The translations under genes and the position numbers were made by a program. This document shows, piece by piece, positions 53,665-63,281 of a stretch of 64,000 nt of DNA; the stretch's first letter is position 1, and each line of letters starts with the position of its first letter. Source of the DNA: an uncultured Actinomycetes bacterium (lineage in GTDB: Bacteria > Actinomycetota > Thermoleophilia > RBG-16-64-13); assembly GCA_963706025.1 (NCBI GenBank), contig CAVPLM010000005.1, positions 608,001-672,000 on the forward strand, given 5' to 3'. Under the pieces are notes generated by a model that made no database searches, was not told the DNA's origin, and saw only the letters and a program-made list of their open reading frames with translations.

Positions 53665-54504
53665 TCAGTCAGGGGTGAATCCCTTGATCAGTGCGTCCAG
53701 GCTGGCAACGAAACCGGTGCCGTTTGCGAAGTCGCCCTCGGCCCCAAAGCCCACCGAGGTTCCAGACCCAGGCTGCTCATCGACCACAAGGTCGGACCCG
53801 GGTCCGACCGGCGGGGTATCAGGGGATCCTCCATCAAGGGCCATCACCAACTGCCCTCCGCTCGACCGCGACACCGCTTCCGGGAAGAGCTTGTGCAACC
53901 ACACCCGTGAGCCATCCGCGTCTACATCGGCAGCCCCGTCGCCGCTTGCCGCGGCCCGGACGCCCTGGGGGGTGGCGCCGAGCCCCTCCCCCTTTTGGGC
54001 GCCGTTCGTCAACCCTGCCTCCTCCCGCACCCACAGAGACAGGTACGTGTGCCCCACGAGAAGCGCTACCAGACTGCTTATCAGACTTGCACTGGCGCTC
54101 GGGTCCAACCCTGCTCGCGAGACCAGCTTCAGAAGAACGTTGGCCCGCTTCTTGGCCACCGGAGAGTAGGCGAGATCCCGCACCAACAGAGGAGCAGCAT
54201 TTGGATGAGTCTGGATGAAGTCCCAAAGTTGCACGAACGTGCCCTTCACCTGCTCTGTCCAGTCTACCTCGGTCGGCGGTGTGCCAAGCTTCCTATACAG
54301 GAACTCAGCGATGCCGGTCAACAACTCGTCCTTGTTTTCGAAGTGGTAGTAGAGAGAGCTGGCTTTGATTCCCAGGGCGCTCGCCAACGTCCGCATGCTG
54401 AGCGATTCAAGACCCGCCTCGTCGATGGCCTCGAGCGCGACCTCGCAGATGCGATCCCTGGTCAGCCGCTCCTTGACTCCGACGCCGTTCCCCGCGTCCA
54501 CCAC
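53665..54504 (-). CDS. TetR/AcrR family regulator with a long low-complexity insertion in the C-terminal domain
   Basis: LTRDRICEVALEAIDEAGLESLSMRTLASALGIKASSLYYHFENKDELL; ends F..SLDALIKG; start uncertain. Confidence 0.9.
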   Translation of the reverse strand: MVDAGNGVGVKERLTRDRICEVALEAIDEAGLESLSMRTLASALGIKASSLYYHFENKDELLTGIAEFLYRKLGTPPTEVDWTEQVKGTFVQLWDFIQTHPNAAPLLVRDLAYSPVAKKRANVLLKLVSRAGLDPSASASLISSLVALLVGHTYLSLWVREEAGLTNGAQKGEGLGATPQGVRAAASGDGAADVDADGSRVWLHKLFPEAVSRSSGGQLVMALDGGSPDTPPVGPGSDLVVDEQPGSGTSVGFGAEGDFANGTGFVASLDALIKGFTPD

Positions 54505-54533
54505 GTCCCCCAAAACCGATTTGACATGGCCGC

Positions 54534-54576
54534 CTAACATCGTTAGACTGGCCGCCAACTAACGTCGTTAGTTGGC
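54534..54576. promoter_or_regulatory. Two palindromic TetR-type operators (CTAAC-N3-GTTAG)
   Basis: CTAACATCGTTAG at 54534-54546 and GCCAACTAACG-T-CGTTAGTTGGC at 54554-54576. Confidence 0.8.
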
Positions 54577-55047
54577 TACGACAAACAATCGTCCGCCTTG
54601 CCGGAGTGCAACGGGCGCTGTTGCAGATACGGAGCGAAAGGAGCCGATGGTGCGCTTCCTCATACTCCCCTGCCCACCCGAGACGACCGCAAAGACGGCA
54701 CCGTCCGCAAAGACGGCACCATCTATATTCTCGACTCATCGTCGTTTTCCCTGAAGGAGCCCCGGGATCGATAGCGATATTCTTCTTGGGGTGATCTTCA
54801 ACGACACTTGCGTGTCGACCACTACGTGTCTTCTGATCCCTTCGGCGATGGCGCAGGAACGCGCCCCACCCTGGGACATCCCGCGCAAACAAGAGGGGCC
54901 GAAGCTCTCACTGGAAGCCGGCCCCTCGATGGGGAGACTGCGCGTCTCCTCGCGGATCAGGTTGCCTGCCGGCGCCCTAACTCGCACCTTGCTATTACCG
55001 CGTCATGGGCTCGACGTAAACCTCGGCCCGACGATTCCAAGGGTGCG

Positions 55048-55165
55048 CCTGTCGGGTGACCGCTGCCGTCGAACAGCGGCCACCCGACAGGGTATGGCAC
55101 AGAGGCCTGATTCGCAGGGTCACCTGTAACTCCCGCCCCTAGCACCGGCGGGACGTGTGTGACCT
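55048..55165 (+). other. Structured leader with two long hairpins
   Basis: CCTGTCGGGTGACCGCTG-N8-CAGCGGCCACCCGACAGG (55048-55091) and nested GGTCAC...TCCCGCC/GGCGGGA...GTGACC. Confidence 0.5.
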
Positions 55166-55195
55166 TCATGTAAGCGATTCTAGGGAGTTAGTTCT

Positions 55196-57480
55196 GTGCG
55201 TAGACTGATAGCCATATTGGCGGTTTCTGCCCTGTTCTGCGGGCTCTCGCTTGCGACGGGGAGCTCGCCCTCATATGCGGCGACTGAACAGGGAACGGGC
55301 GACGGCCGGACATTCAGGGTCATTGCCGGTTCAGATAGATACGAGACAGCCGTCCTGGTCTCCCAAGCAGGATTTCCACACGGAGCGCCGGCCGTTGTGA
55401 TAGCCCGGGGCGATGATTTCGCGGACGCGCTCTGCAGCGCTCCGCTGGCCTATGCCTACGGTGGTCCGCTCCTGCTGACACCAGAGAGCGGCCTCCCGGA
55501 GACGGTCGTGGCCGAACTAGAGCGTCTCGATCCATCCCAGGTCTTCCTCATCGGGATCGGAGACGGGTCGTCACCCGTTCTGAGACAGGTGGAGAGCATC
55601 GTCGAGCCGGAGAACGTCACCACCCTCGTCGGCAGAGACCGATATGAGACGGCCGCTTTGGTCGCCGATCAACTCGAAGCTCAAAGCCGGGGCCCCCGAC
55701 GCAAGGTGGTGATCGCTCCTGGGGACAGTTTCGCGGACGCTCTGGCCGTGGGCCCGCTGGCCGCGGTCAATCACTGGCCGATCCTCTACACCCCCCGGTA
55801 CGGGGATCTGCCGCAGATAACACGGGACGAGATCCGGAAGCTTGGGGTGGACTCGGCTCTCGAGGTAGGAACCTACGCTCGCATCGATCTCCCAAACGTG
55901 GTCAGGAAGGTAGGGATCAGATCGCTACGAGACTTGCGCCCATGATCGCTGAGTACGCGCTGACTCAAGGCCTCACCACGAGCCACGTTGCCTTCGCCAC
56001 CGGAGAGAAGTTCCCGGACGGCCTGGCCGCAGCCCCCTATCTTGCTCTGAATCAGGGGATCTTGCTCCTGACGAAGGGGGCCGTGGCTACTCCTGCCGTG
56101 GCGGGATTCCTGAGCCCCCGGGCCGCCGGTGTCCGCACCCTTGAGGCCATCGGGCTCTCGGCGGTTCCCGCCGGTCCTTGGCTCTCCTCGGGCAGCACCG
56201 AACCCTCCCGTGTCGGGACAAGACGGCACGCAGCCCGACCCCGACACCGCCGAGACGCCCGTGCCGCCCCCAGTTCGACGACGACCACGACGGCTAGGCC
56301 TACCACCACGACCACGACGTCGACGCCGCCTACGACCACCACCACGACCACCCCACCGACCGGACCACGACCACGGTGCCGCCACGCACGACCACCACGA
56401 CCCGGCCCGGCGACCACCACCACCACGGCCCCCACGAGCACCACCACCACGGTCCGCGTGACCAGCACGACGGTGAAACAGGCTACGACGACTACCACGG
56501 CTTCCTACCCACCGATCGTGACAACGACAACCCTGCCGCCGGCCACAACCCCCTCGGGTGTTGTCAGTGTCCGTGACTACGGGGCCAAGGGCGACGGGAC
56601 CGCCGATGACATTGGCGCTATCTGGGCCTGCATCACGGCAGCGGCAGCGGCCGACAAAGAGGTGTACTTCCCGGCCGGCACCTACAAGGTGAGCGATGGC
56701 ATCTGGCTACCCACTGGCTGACTCCCAATATAGCGGACTTGTCATCCGGGGGGCTGGGGTGGGGCAGACCATCATAACCATGAACGCCCAGCCCTCTACC
56801 GCCTATATGTTCTATGCCGTCGATTTGTCCGACGTGCATCTTTCCGATATGACCTTTCGCACTCCCGCGTCCTATTCGAACAACATCAGGGCCATCTTCT
56901 CTACCGGGATGCAGAACTCCTCCATCCGGCGACATCAAGATCGAGAACTGCGACTACGGCATCAAGCTGGGCCTCGGGCAACTCCCATGGCATGGCTCAA
57001 CCCGGCACAATGCGGGCAGATCGCTAGCATCATCGAACGTCACCAGCGGACGCTACGGAACCTGGACTTGCGGTATCTCCGAGCCCACCGGACGGCACGC
57101 TCATCTCCGTCTTCACGAGACCGGACAAACTACAACCTCACTCGAAACCGCGCTGCGCGGGGGTCCGGCACTGTCTGACAGTTCTGGTGTGAAAGCATCA
57201 CCACCACTGATGTCGCTCTTCGAACGGCTCTGAACGCCCACTCATCCCGTCGTCGGGTATCGAGCGCAACGTGTGACCTTGCACGCAATACCACCATCAC
57301 CGGACGGACTATGGCTGGCAAGTCACTGATGTGTCGAAGTCACCGTGGCACGGATTCACCGCTTTGAGCGGCATCGATCCCCTGGGTGACACCTATCAAG
57401 GCGGTGGTCCGACAGCACCGTCACCTTCCGCAACGGTCCTCAGCTGGATCGTAACTGGTGCGTCAACTGAGAGAAGACCT
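55196..57480 (+). CDS. Secreted protein with three CW_binding_2 repeats, a Thr-rich linker and a pectate-lyase-like beta-helix; multiple frameshifts, end approximate
   Basis: Signal peptide; G.DRYETA and FADAL/FPDGL repeats; poly-Thr; SVRDYGAKGDGTADD...VYFPAGTY; IRGAGVGQT. Confidence 0.8.
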
Positions 57481-57684
57481 ACAGCAACTACTGGTGATTG
57501 AGAACGCTGCATCCGCCCTGAGCTACTGCAGGCTTACGAGGTGCCATTCGATGGCGCAAACCGCTTCGGCCGGACTTCACCGGATCGAACTGGGCAATTG
57601 CTCGTCGGGAGACGGACACGGCAACCTGAGCGTAGATCGATGCGAAGGCACGTAGTCGATGCGAAGCCCATGCGAAGTCGCACA

Positions 57685-57736
57685 TGCCGGAGGCGGGACT
57701 CGAACCTGCACGGGCATAGCCCTACGGTGTTTAAGA
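57685..57736 (-). pseudogene. 3' half of a tRNA-Leu(TAA), att-site-like remnant
   Basis: Reverse strand T CTTAAAC ACCGT A GGGCTATGCCC GT GCAGG TTCGAGT CCCGC CTCCGGC A: anticodon loop, long variable arm, T arm with one mismatch and acceptor 3' strand. No D arm or matching 5' anticodon strand. Confidence 0.8.
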
Positions 57737-58710
57737 GATCGGTCCTGAGGTCCGGCGGCGGTTGAGCCTGTTGTCCTGCCAGAATACCGCTCTTGTGATG
57801 GGCTGATCTATCGAGCTCTGGTGGCATCCGGGGAGTTTGTCACCCGGATGTCACCAACGGGGCTGGCAAGTCTGCTCCCGCCTTGCACCCGATCGAGCCG
57901 GCGCCCTATGTACGTGCGTAACCTCTCAGCAGCATCGAGATCGCACCGTCACACTCGACGACGTTATGCAGGCCAGTGAGCACCAAGGAGAAACCGACCT
58001 CATCCGCGGTGGGCCCTTCCGCTGCTCCCGTAAGCAAGGCTGTCATTGGGTCTTTGCCTCTCGCCGTCACCAGCCTCGGAAAAGCTCCCGGAAGACCCGC
58101 GTCTCCCAGGCTGGCTCCCTTGTCACGGTTGGGAATTCGGCTGTGGGAGTCCGGCGTGCCTCGGCTGCGTCGCGCCAGGCCTCGTCGTCGGAGTGGACAT
58201 ACGAACAAAGGAAGTAGTACTACGACTGTAGGCTGGAGACATCCTTCTTGGGGCCGCTTCCTAGAGGCCCGTCGCAACGTTACGGAGCGTGCAAAACGCC
58301 CTCCCGGGCTTGAATCTGTTTTCCCACTGCTCCGTGCGCTCAGCTTCGTAGAGGTCCTGGTCGAAACTCGTGTCGGCGTTGCCCGAAAAGAACCACTGCT
58401 CGAACAGCTTCCGATCGGATGCCAGAACAACTGTGCGAAGCGTCGTGTCTATCAACTGCCGGATCATGGCGGGAACCGAGAAGCCCTCTCTCTGGCTCAG
58501 CGGCGTCCCGGGTCGATCCCACGCGTATGATGTACGCACCCCCGGGCAGGACGGGCACCACAGATCCCTCTTTCACATCTTGCGGGATCGCACTGCCGTC
58601 GTGGGCCGGCCGTCTGCGCTTCAGCTCGGCAATACTGCCCTTGACCTCCTTCGCCTTGTCTTTGTCCATGGTGCGTATCGAAGTCGGGACAACTCCGCGA
58701 ACGTTCTCCC

Positions 58711-59871
58711 TCACGCCCCTGGGCCGCTGAGGACCACTTGCTGCAGTAGTTCGCGTATCCGCTGTCCGATAACGGGGTAGGACAAGCGCTCGACGTAGTC
58801 CCGGCGCGCTCTAAGCGCAAACTCGGCAAAAACTTCCGGGCTCAAAACGATCTGCTCCACTGCGTCCGCGTAGCTCTCCGCGGCGCTGCCCTCCGGGATC
58901 AAAAAGCCCGTGCTGCCTTCTACCACACACGAGGGGGTTCCACCCGTACGTGTCGCCACTGAGGGGACTCCGTAGGCGGACGCTTCGGCCAGACCCAGGC
59001 CCATGCACTCCGCGACGGTTGGGAGTAGGTGCACGTGGCTGCTCAGAAAGAGCGAAGCAAGACGCTCTGTGTCCTTTTCGGATGAGCGGCGGAGAGTCCC
59101 GAGACTTTTCACCCATGGTAGCTGGGCCACGTCCTTTTCGGCAGGACCGCCCACCAGGGTAAGCCGAACAGCATGTCCTCTGTCCCGGAGGATCTGCCCG
59201 ATCTCGATCGCCCGGTCTCCCCCTTTGCGAAACCAATTGCCTCCCATCCACACAAGGCCGATCTCGCTTTGGGTCGATCGCCGGCGTATGGATTCGAGGA
59301 CGGCCGCCGAGGAGGGCAACGCGGGCAGGACTCCACCGAAAGGGATCACCCGGATCTTTTCATCCGGCACCTGGTACAGCCGCCGCGCCTGTTCCGCCGC
59401 CCATTCACTTAAGAAGACGACGGCCGTCGCTCGGTGCAATGCGGATCTCTCGGCCTCGTCGCCTCTGCGCACCGTCCCGGGCGAGAGCCCCGTGAAGTCG
59501 GGGTAGTAACCCACCATGCCGCCGAAGACCGCGTCGGTCCAGGTCACGACGGGAACGTCCAGCCGAGCCAGAGCGATTACAGGGCTCTCAGAGACCAGGA
59601 CCACGTCCGCGTCATGGCGGCGCTGCGCCGCCTCCACTGCCGACGCGTACGCGCGAAGCAGCGGGCGCGCTCTGTCGAAGGCCAGTCGCCGGCCGGTAGC
59701 GAATGACAAAAGCTTTCCCATCAGACGCGCGAGGTCCCGGCGCCGCCGGCAGAGGCCGTCGACGCAGACCACTTCTAGATCAGCCGCTCTCAAGACCAGG
59801 GGCACCGCCCCTTGGCGGCCCTCGGGAGATCCAGAGTCGGCCGAAGCCGTTGTCAGATAGAGGACCCTCAC
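58711..59871 (-). CDS. Glycosyltransferase family 4
   Basis: WFRKGGD and LPTVAECMGLGLAEASAYGVP...TGG; GTG start VRVLYL. Confidence 0.92.
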   Translation of the reverse strand: MRVLYLTTASADSGSPEGRQGAVPLVLRAADLEVVCVDGLCRRRRDLARLMGKLLSFATGRRLAFDRARPLLRAYASAVEAAQRRHDADVVLVSESPVIALARLDVPVVTWTDAVFGGMVGYYPDFTGLSPGTVRRGDEAERSALHRATAVVFLSEWAAEQARRLYQVPDEKIRVIPFGGVLPALPSSAAVLESIRRRSTQSEIGLVWMGGNWFRKGGDRAIEIGQILRDRGHAVRLTLVGGPAEKDVAQLPWVKSLGTLRRSSEKDTERLASLFLSSHVHLLPTVAECMGLGLAEASAYGVPSVATRTGGTPSCVVEGSTGFLIPEGSAAESYADAVEQIVLSPEVFAEFALRARRDYVERLSYPVIGQRIRELLQQVVLSGPGA

Positions 59872-60198
59872 TCCAGTCCTGCCGCGCGATTCAGAAAGAA
59901 ACCCGCCGGTGTCCCAGTATGGCGAATCTTGTGCTGGACCGACACGGCACCTCCTCTCTGCCACCTGCCTCACCTGAGAACATTCTAGCCCGCTCCGGCT
60001 GTGGTGGCCCCACGCCTGGCCCGCCGATGGCGCGCCAGGGAGAGAGGGTTGTCTGCCCCCGGGACTCCGACCCAGGGCGCCGTCCGGCCCAGTAACTCGG
60101 GGGCCGGGTGTTACACTCATCCAGCACGCGCGTCGAGGGTCGGGCGCAGCAGCTCATGGTAGGCCGGCCCGCAGCCTCGGGCCTCAAGAAGGAATCCA

Positions 60199-61443
60199 AT
60201 GAGTGCCATTTCGTTGAGTCGTCCCTCCCGTAGCTACGGCGGCGGAAGTACCTTGGCCACCTGCACGGTCTCGATCCCCGGTAAACCGCCCCGAGAACTG
60301 TGGATCCGAACCAGCGGGGCAGGGCTCGTGGAATCCGCCGATCCGTTCGTGGCGCTCGTTCTGCTGCCGGCGATGGTGCTCGGGGTACCGGTGTCGAGTG
60401 AGGGTCCCGTGTCGCGAACGCTGCTCGAGTCCGGCCTCCCGAGCATCCAAAAGATCTATGCGCTGTGGCGGTACGACAGATGGTATCCCCGATACCGGCG
60501 CTTCCACGAGGTGAAGATCGATGCCCCGGTGGCAGAAGACATCCCGTCGGCCGGAGGTGTGGGCCTGTTCTTCTCGGGCGGCGTCGACTCAAGCTTCAGC
60601 CTCGTCGACGCCCGCGATGAAATCACCCATCTCATCTTCATCCAAGACTGGGAGGGCACATTCCCGACGGACCAAGGGGAGCGAGCACTGTCCGGTGTGA
60701 CGAACGTCGCCCAAGGGTTCGGCAAAGCCGTCATTACGGTGGAGACGAACGCCAAATCGTTCCTCCTCTGGGATTATCTCTCGTGGCTACACTTTCATGG
60801 AGCGTTGCTTGCGGCGGTCGCACTCGAGTTGCAGGGGCGGCTCTCCAAAGTGCACGTGCCGGCGACCTACGACGTCAGCACGCTTCAACCATGGGGATCC
60901 CATCCATACCTCGATCCATTGTGGTCAACGACCGCGACCGAGGTCGTTCATGACCGGATCGACGTCACTCGTCTGCAGAAGCTCGCCGTCATCGCCGATG
61001 ACCGGCTGCTCATGGAGAATCTGCGGGTATGTGGAGAGCCGTATCACAACTGCGGCAGCTGTGAAAAATGCGTGCGTACGATGTTCACACTCCAGGCGCT
61101 CGGCCGCTACGAGCAGGGGCTCCCGTTCGACAGGCCGCCCCTTACCCCTCGGGAAATCGCTCGCCTGAATTGGTCGACCCGGGAGTATCCCGAGTACATT
61201 CAGGAAGTCGTGGACTATCTAAAGGACACCGGAGGTCATCCCGAGCTACTGAAGGCTACGCGGATAGCCCACTCCGGCTTCTACTACCACGGCCCCGGCA
61301 GGCTCATCAGGGGCAATCTTGGCCCGCGTCTGAGAGCCAGAGCCGGGCGAGAGTTGACGCAGCTCGTCGGGTCTGTGCGGAGGACGGCTGGATACCGGCG
61401 GATCGCTGGGCTCAAGCGGAACGGCTTGTCCGAACGCTCTTGA
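60199..61443 (+). CDS. PP-loop (adenine nucleotide alpha hydrolase-like) protein with a Cys cluster
   Basis: FFSGGVDS, PWGSHPYLDPLWS and LRVC...NCGSCEKCVRT. Confidence 0.75.
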   Translation: MSAISLSRPSRSYGGGSTLATCTVSIPGKPPRELWIRTSGAGLVESADPFVALVLLPAMVLGVPVSSEGPVSRTLLESGLPSIQKIYALWRYDRWYPRYRRFHEVKIDAPVAEDIPSAGGVGLFFSGGVDSSFSLVDARDEITHLIFIQDWEGTFPTDQGERALSGVTNVAQGFGKAVITVETNAKSFLLWDYLSWLHFHGALLAAVALELQGRLSKVHVPATYDVSTLQPWGSHPYLDPLWSTTATEVVHDRIDVTRLQKLAVIADDRLLMENLRVCGEPYHNCGSCEKCVRTMFTLQALGRYEQGLPFDRPPLTPREIARLNWSTREYPEYIQEVVDYLKDTGGHPELLKATRIAHSGFYYHGPGRLIRGNLGPRLRARAGRELTQLVGSVRRTAGYRRIAGLKRNGLSERS

Positions 61444-62344
61444 CTTCGGGAAGCCGCCAGCGCTGACCGAACCACCTGTCCCCCCCGGACGGATAGCCAT
61501 AGGATGCTGCCGCGGGGGTCGTCGTCAATTCACCGAAATACACGCGGCCGTCCACGCAATAGAGATCTACACGAACGAAATCGAACTCCGCGGAAAGAGC
61601 CCGCGCCACATCAAGCATCTCCCCGAGGCCGGCCGGCGGGGGAATCAGTGGGCCGCAGGGATACGATACACCGTCGAAAGGCAGAAGATTCCAGGAGGGA
61701 TCCAGCCAGGTGGTACGGTACGGTGAGAATCGCTGGTCATTGAAGTTCAGCCCTGCCGGCTCCCCGTCGAAGCAGTAGAACTTGTAGTCATCGGGGAGGT
61801 TCCCATCCACTCCGACAAAACGCTCGACCATGATCCGCCTGGGCACGTGCTTGTACGACCACTCCGAGTTGGCGTGATAGTAGTTTGTTCTCAGCCATCG
61901 GTTGAGCATGCGGCAGAATCCTTCTTGGTCGACCTCTGCCCTGTCCCGGACGACGATGTTCCACTTGCACCCGTGCGTGGCCTTGACCACGTATGGGGGG
62001 GAAAGATCTGCCCAGGGGATGTCCTCGGGCTTTTCGAACACCCCAAGAAGCGGGGCGAGATACTTTTCGCCGGCGCGTGCCGCGACGTAGTCCCTCACCG
62101 CTATCCGGTCGGAGCAGACCTGGAGCAACGGGCGCCGGTCGTAGAGCATGCGCCAGAGGATCTTCTCGTTAAAGCCTTCGGGATGCACGAGATCGGGCAC
62201 TCTCCCGAAGGCCCTTTGCTGCAGGCGCAGGGCGGCCAGGAGCTTCAGCCCGGAATGCCTCCAGGCACGGTACCCCCTCAGAGCGAACGGCAAGAAACGG
62301 GGGGGCAGAGCGTCCCGGACCCTGTGCCTAAGAACTCGTTTCAC
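61412..62344 (-). CDS. TupA-like ATP-grasp amidoligase
   Basis: FNEKI, SDRIAVRDYV, VKATHG, DYKFYCFDG, FVRVDLY and YFGELT. Confidence 0.92.
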   Translation of the reverse strand: MKRVLRHRVRDALPPRFLPFALRGYRAWRHSGLKLLAALRLQQRAFGRVPDLVHPEGFNEKILWRMLYDRRPLLQVCSDRIAVRDYVAARAGEKYLAPLLGVFEKPEDIPWADLSPPYVVKATHGCKWNIVVRDRAEVDQEGFCRMLNRWLRTNYYHANSEWSYKHVPRRIMVERFVGVDGNLPDDYKFYCFDGEPAGLNFNDQRFSPYRTTWLDPSWNLLPFDGVSYPCGPLIPPPAGLGEMLDVARALSAEFDFVRVDLYCVDGRVYFGELTTTPAAASYGYPSGGDRWFGQRWRLPEVKSVRTSRSA

Positions 62345-63224
62345 TTCGCCGCCACTCGGGGAGTCGAGCAAGCCGTGGCGGGCTCTCCCGCGCGCGCATA
62401 TATGCTTCCGCCCAGGTCCGGGACGCGACCGGGCCATCCGGTGGCTCACACGCACCCAGCATGAACCTGCCGCAGTGCGCACAGAAGATCTGCGACTCCG
62501 CTTTCATGTCGTCCTGTTCCTGGGGAAGGACCTTTCTCCCCAGATCGAAGCCGAAGATCCGGTCGATCGAGCCGGCTACCGGGCAAGGATAGTAGCCGTA
62601 GGGAGTCACTCCCAGGCCACACTCCTGAGTCTCCCAGCAGCCGTTGGAGAAGTCGGCTCCCCTGTACTCCGGCACGTCGATCGGAGCTACCTGGTAGGTA
62701 TGGAACGAAGGTTGGACCCGGCCGCTCTTGGCAGAATCGCGTACCCGTACACCGGGAGGCAGCCGCGCGACCATCGTTCTCGCCCGCTCGCTGTAACCGT
62801 TGGTGACGACCCCGACCCTGGTCTCGGAGGAGTACTCGTCGCGGTACCGGACTACCAGGTCGACGATTTCCAGGAACTCCGGGTGACACGTCGGTTCTCC
62901 CCCTCCGACCACGAGTTGCTTCCATCGGATCTGGTGCTCTCTGCTATCTTCCAAGAACTGCCGGACTTGTCCGACAGACATGTGATCGCCAGTGGGATGC
63001 TGCGCGCAGGAGCGATTGCAGTTGTGACAACCCAGGTCACATTCGTATGTGATGTCGATCACGGCAGCGTCCCGGCTTCGGTTCCATTTGGGGCCGAGCA
63101 TTCGGGTGGGCCCGGGCGAGAGCCGCCACAGGTCGTAACGCCGACCGACTCGGTGCAAGGCCGTGTGGACCCTCGGCGGCACGTGGGGCTTGATGCTCGT
63201 CTTGTAGATGGCACGGAGACTCAC
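62328..63224 (-). CDS. Radical SAM protein with C-terminal Cys motifs
   Basis: CDLGCHNC (CxxxCxxC), GGGEPT, TNG, YYPC and CAHC. Confidence 0.92.
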   Translation of the reverse strand: MSLRAIYKTSIKPHVPPRVHTALHRVGRRYDLWRLSPGPTRMLGPKWNRSRDAAVIDITYECDLGCHNCNRSCAQHPTGDHMSVGQVRQFLEDSREHQIRWKQLVVGGGEPTCHPEFLEIVDLVVRYRDEYSSETRVGVVTNGYSERARTMVARLPPGVRVRDSAKSGRVQPSFHTYQVAPIDVPEYRGADFSNGCWETQECGLGVTPYGYYPCPVAGSIDRIFGFDLGRKVLPQEQDDMKAESQIFCAHCGRFMLGACEPPDGPVASRTWAEAYMRARESPPRLARLPEWRRSETSS

Positions 63225-63281
63225 TGCTGGTCCACCCCCGGCGCAGAGCCGATCAGAACATGGTCGGGCGCAACGGCGACT

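Noticed and set aside
54687-54720. Direct repeat CCGCAAAGACGGCACC twice as a regulatory site
   Set aside because: Only two copies with no supporting context; a local duplication is sufficient explanation.
56270-56550. CRISPR array or non-coding repeat
   Set aside because: The ACC/ACG runs encode a poly-Thr linker; there is no repeat-spacer structure and no cas gene in the window.
57685-57770. Functional tRNA-Leu, or tRNA-Leu(UAA) with a group I intron
   Set aside because: No D arm or paired anticodon stem; the anticodon loop is uninterrupted with no intron-terminal G; the upstream GCCGGA match is too close to form a cloverleaf.
58261-58714. Serine recombinase remnant (AYIIRVGST...REGFSVPAMIRQL across two frames)
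   Set aside because: Resemblance to the YxRVST...GxS motif is weak and needs a frameshift; not supportable without a profile search.
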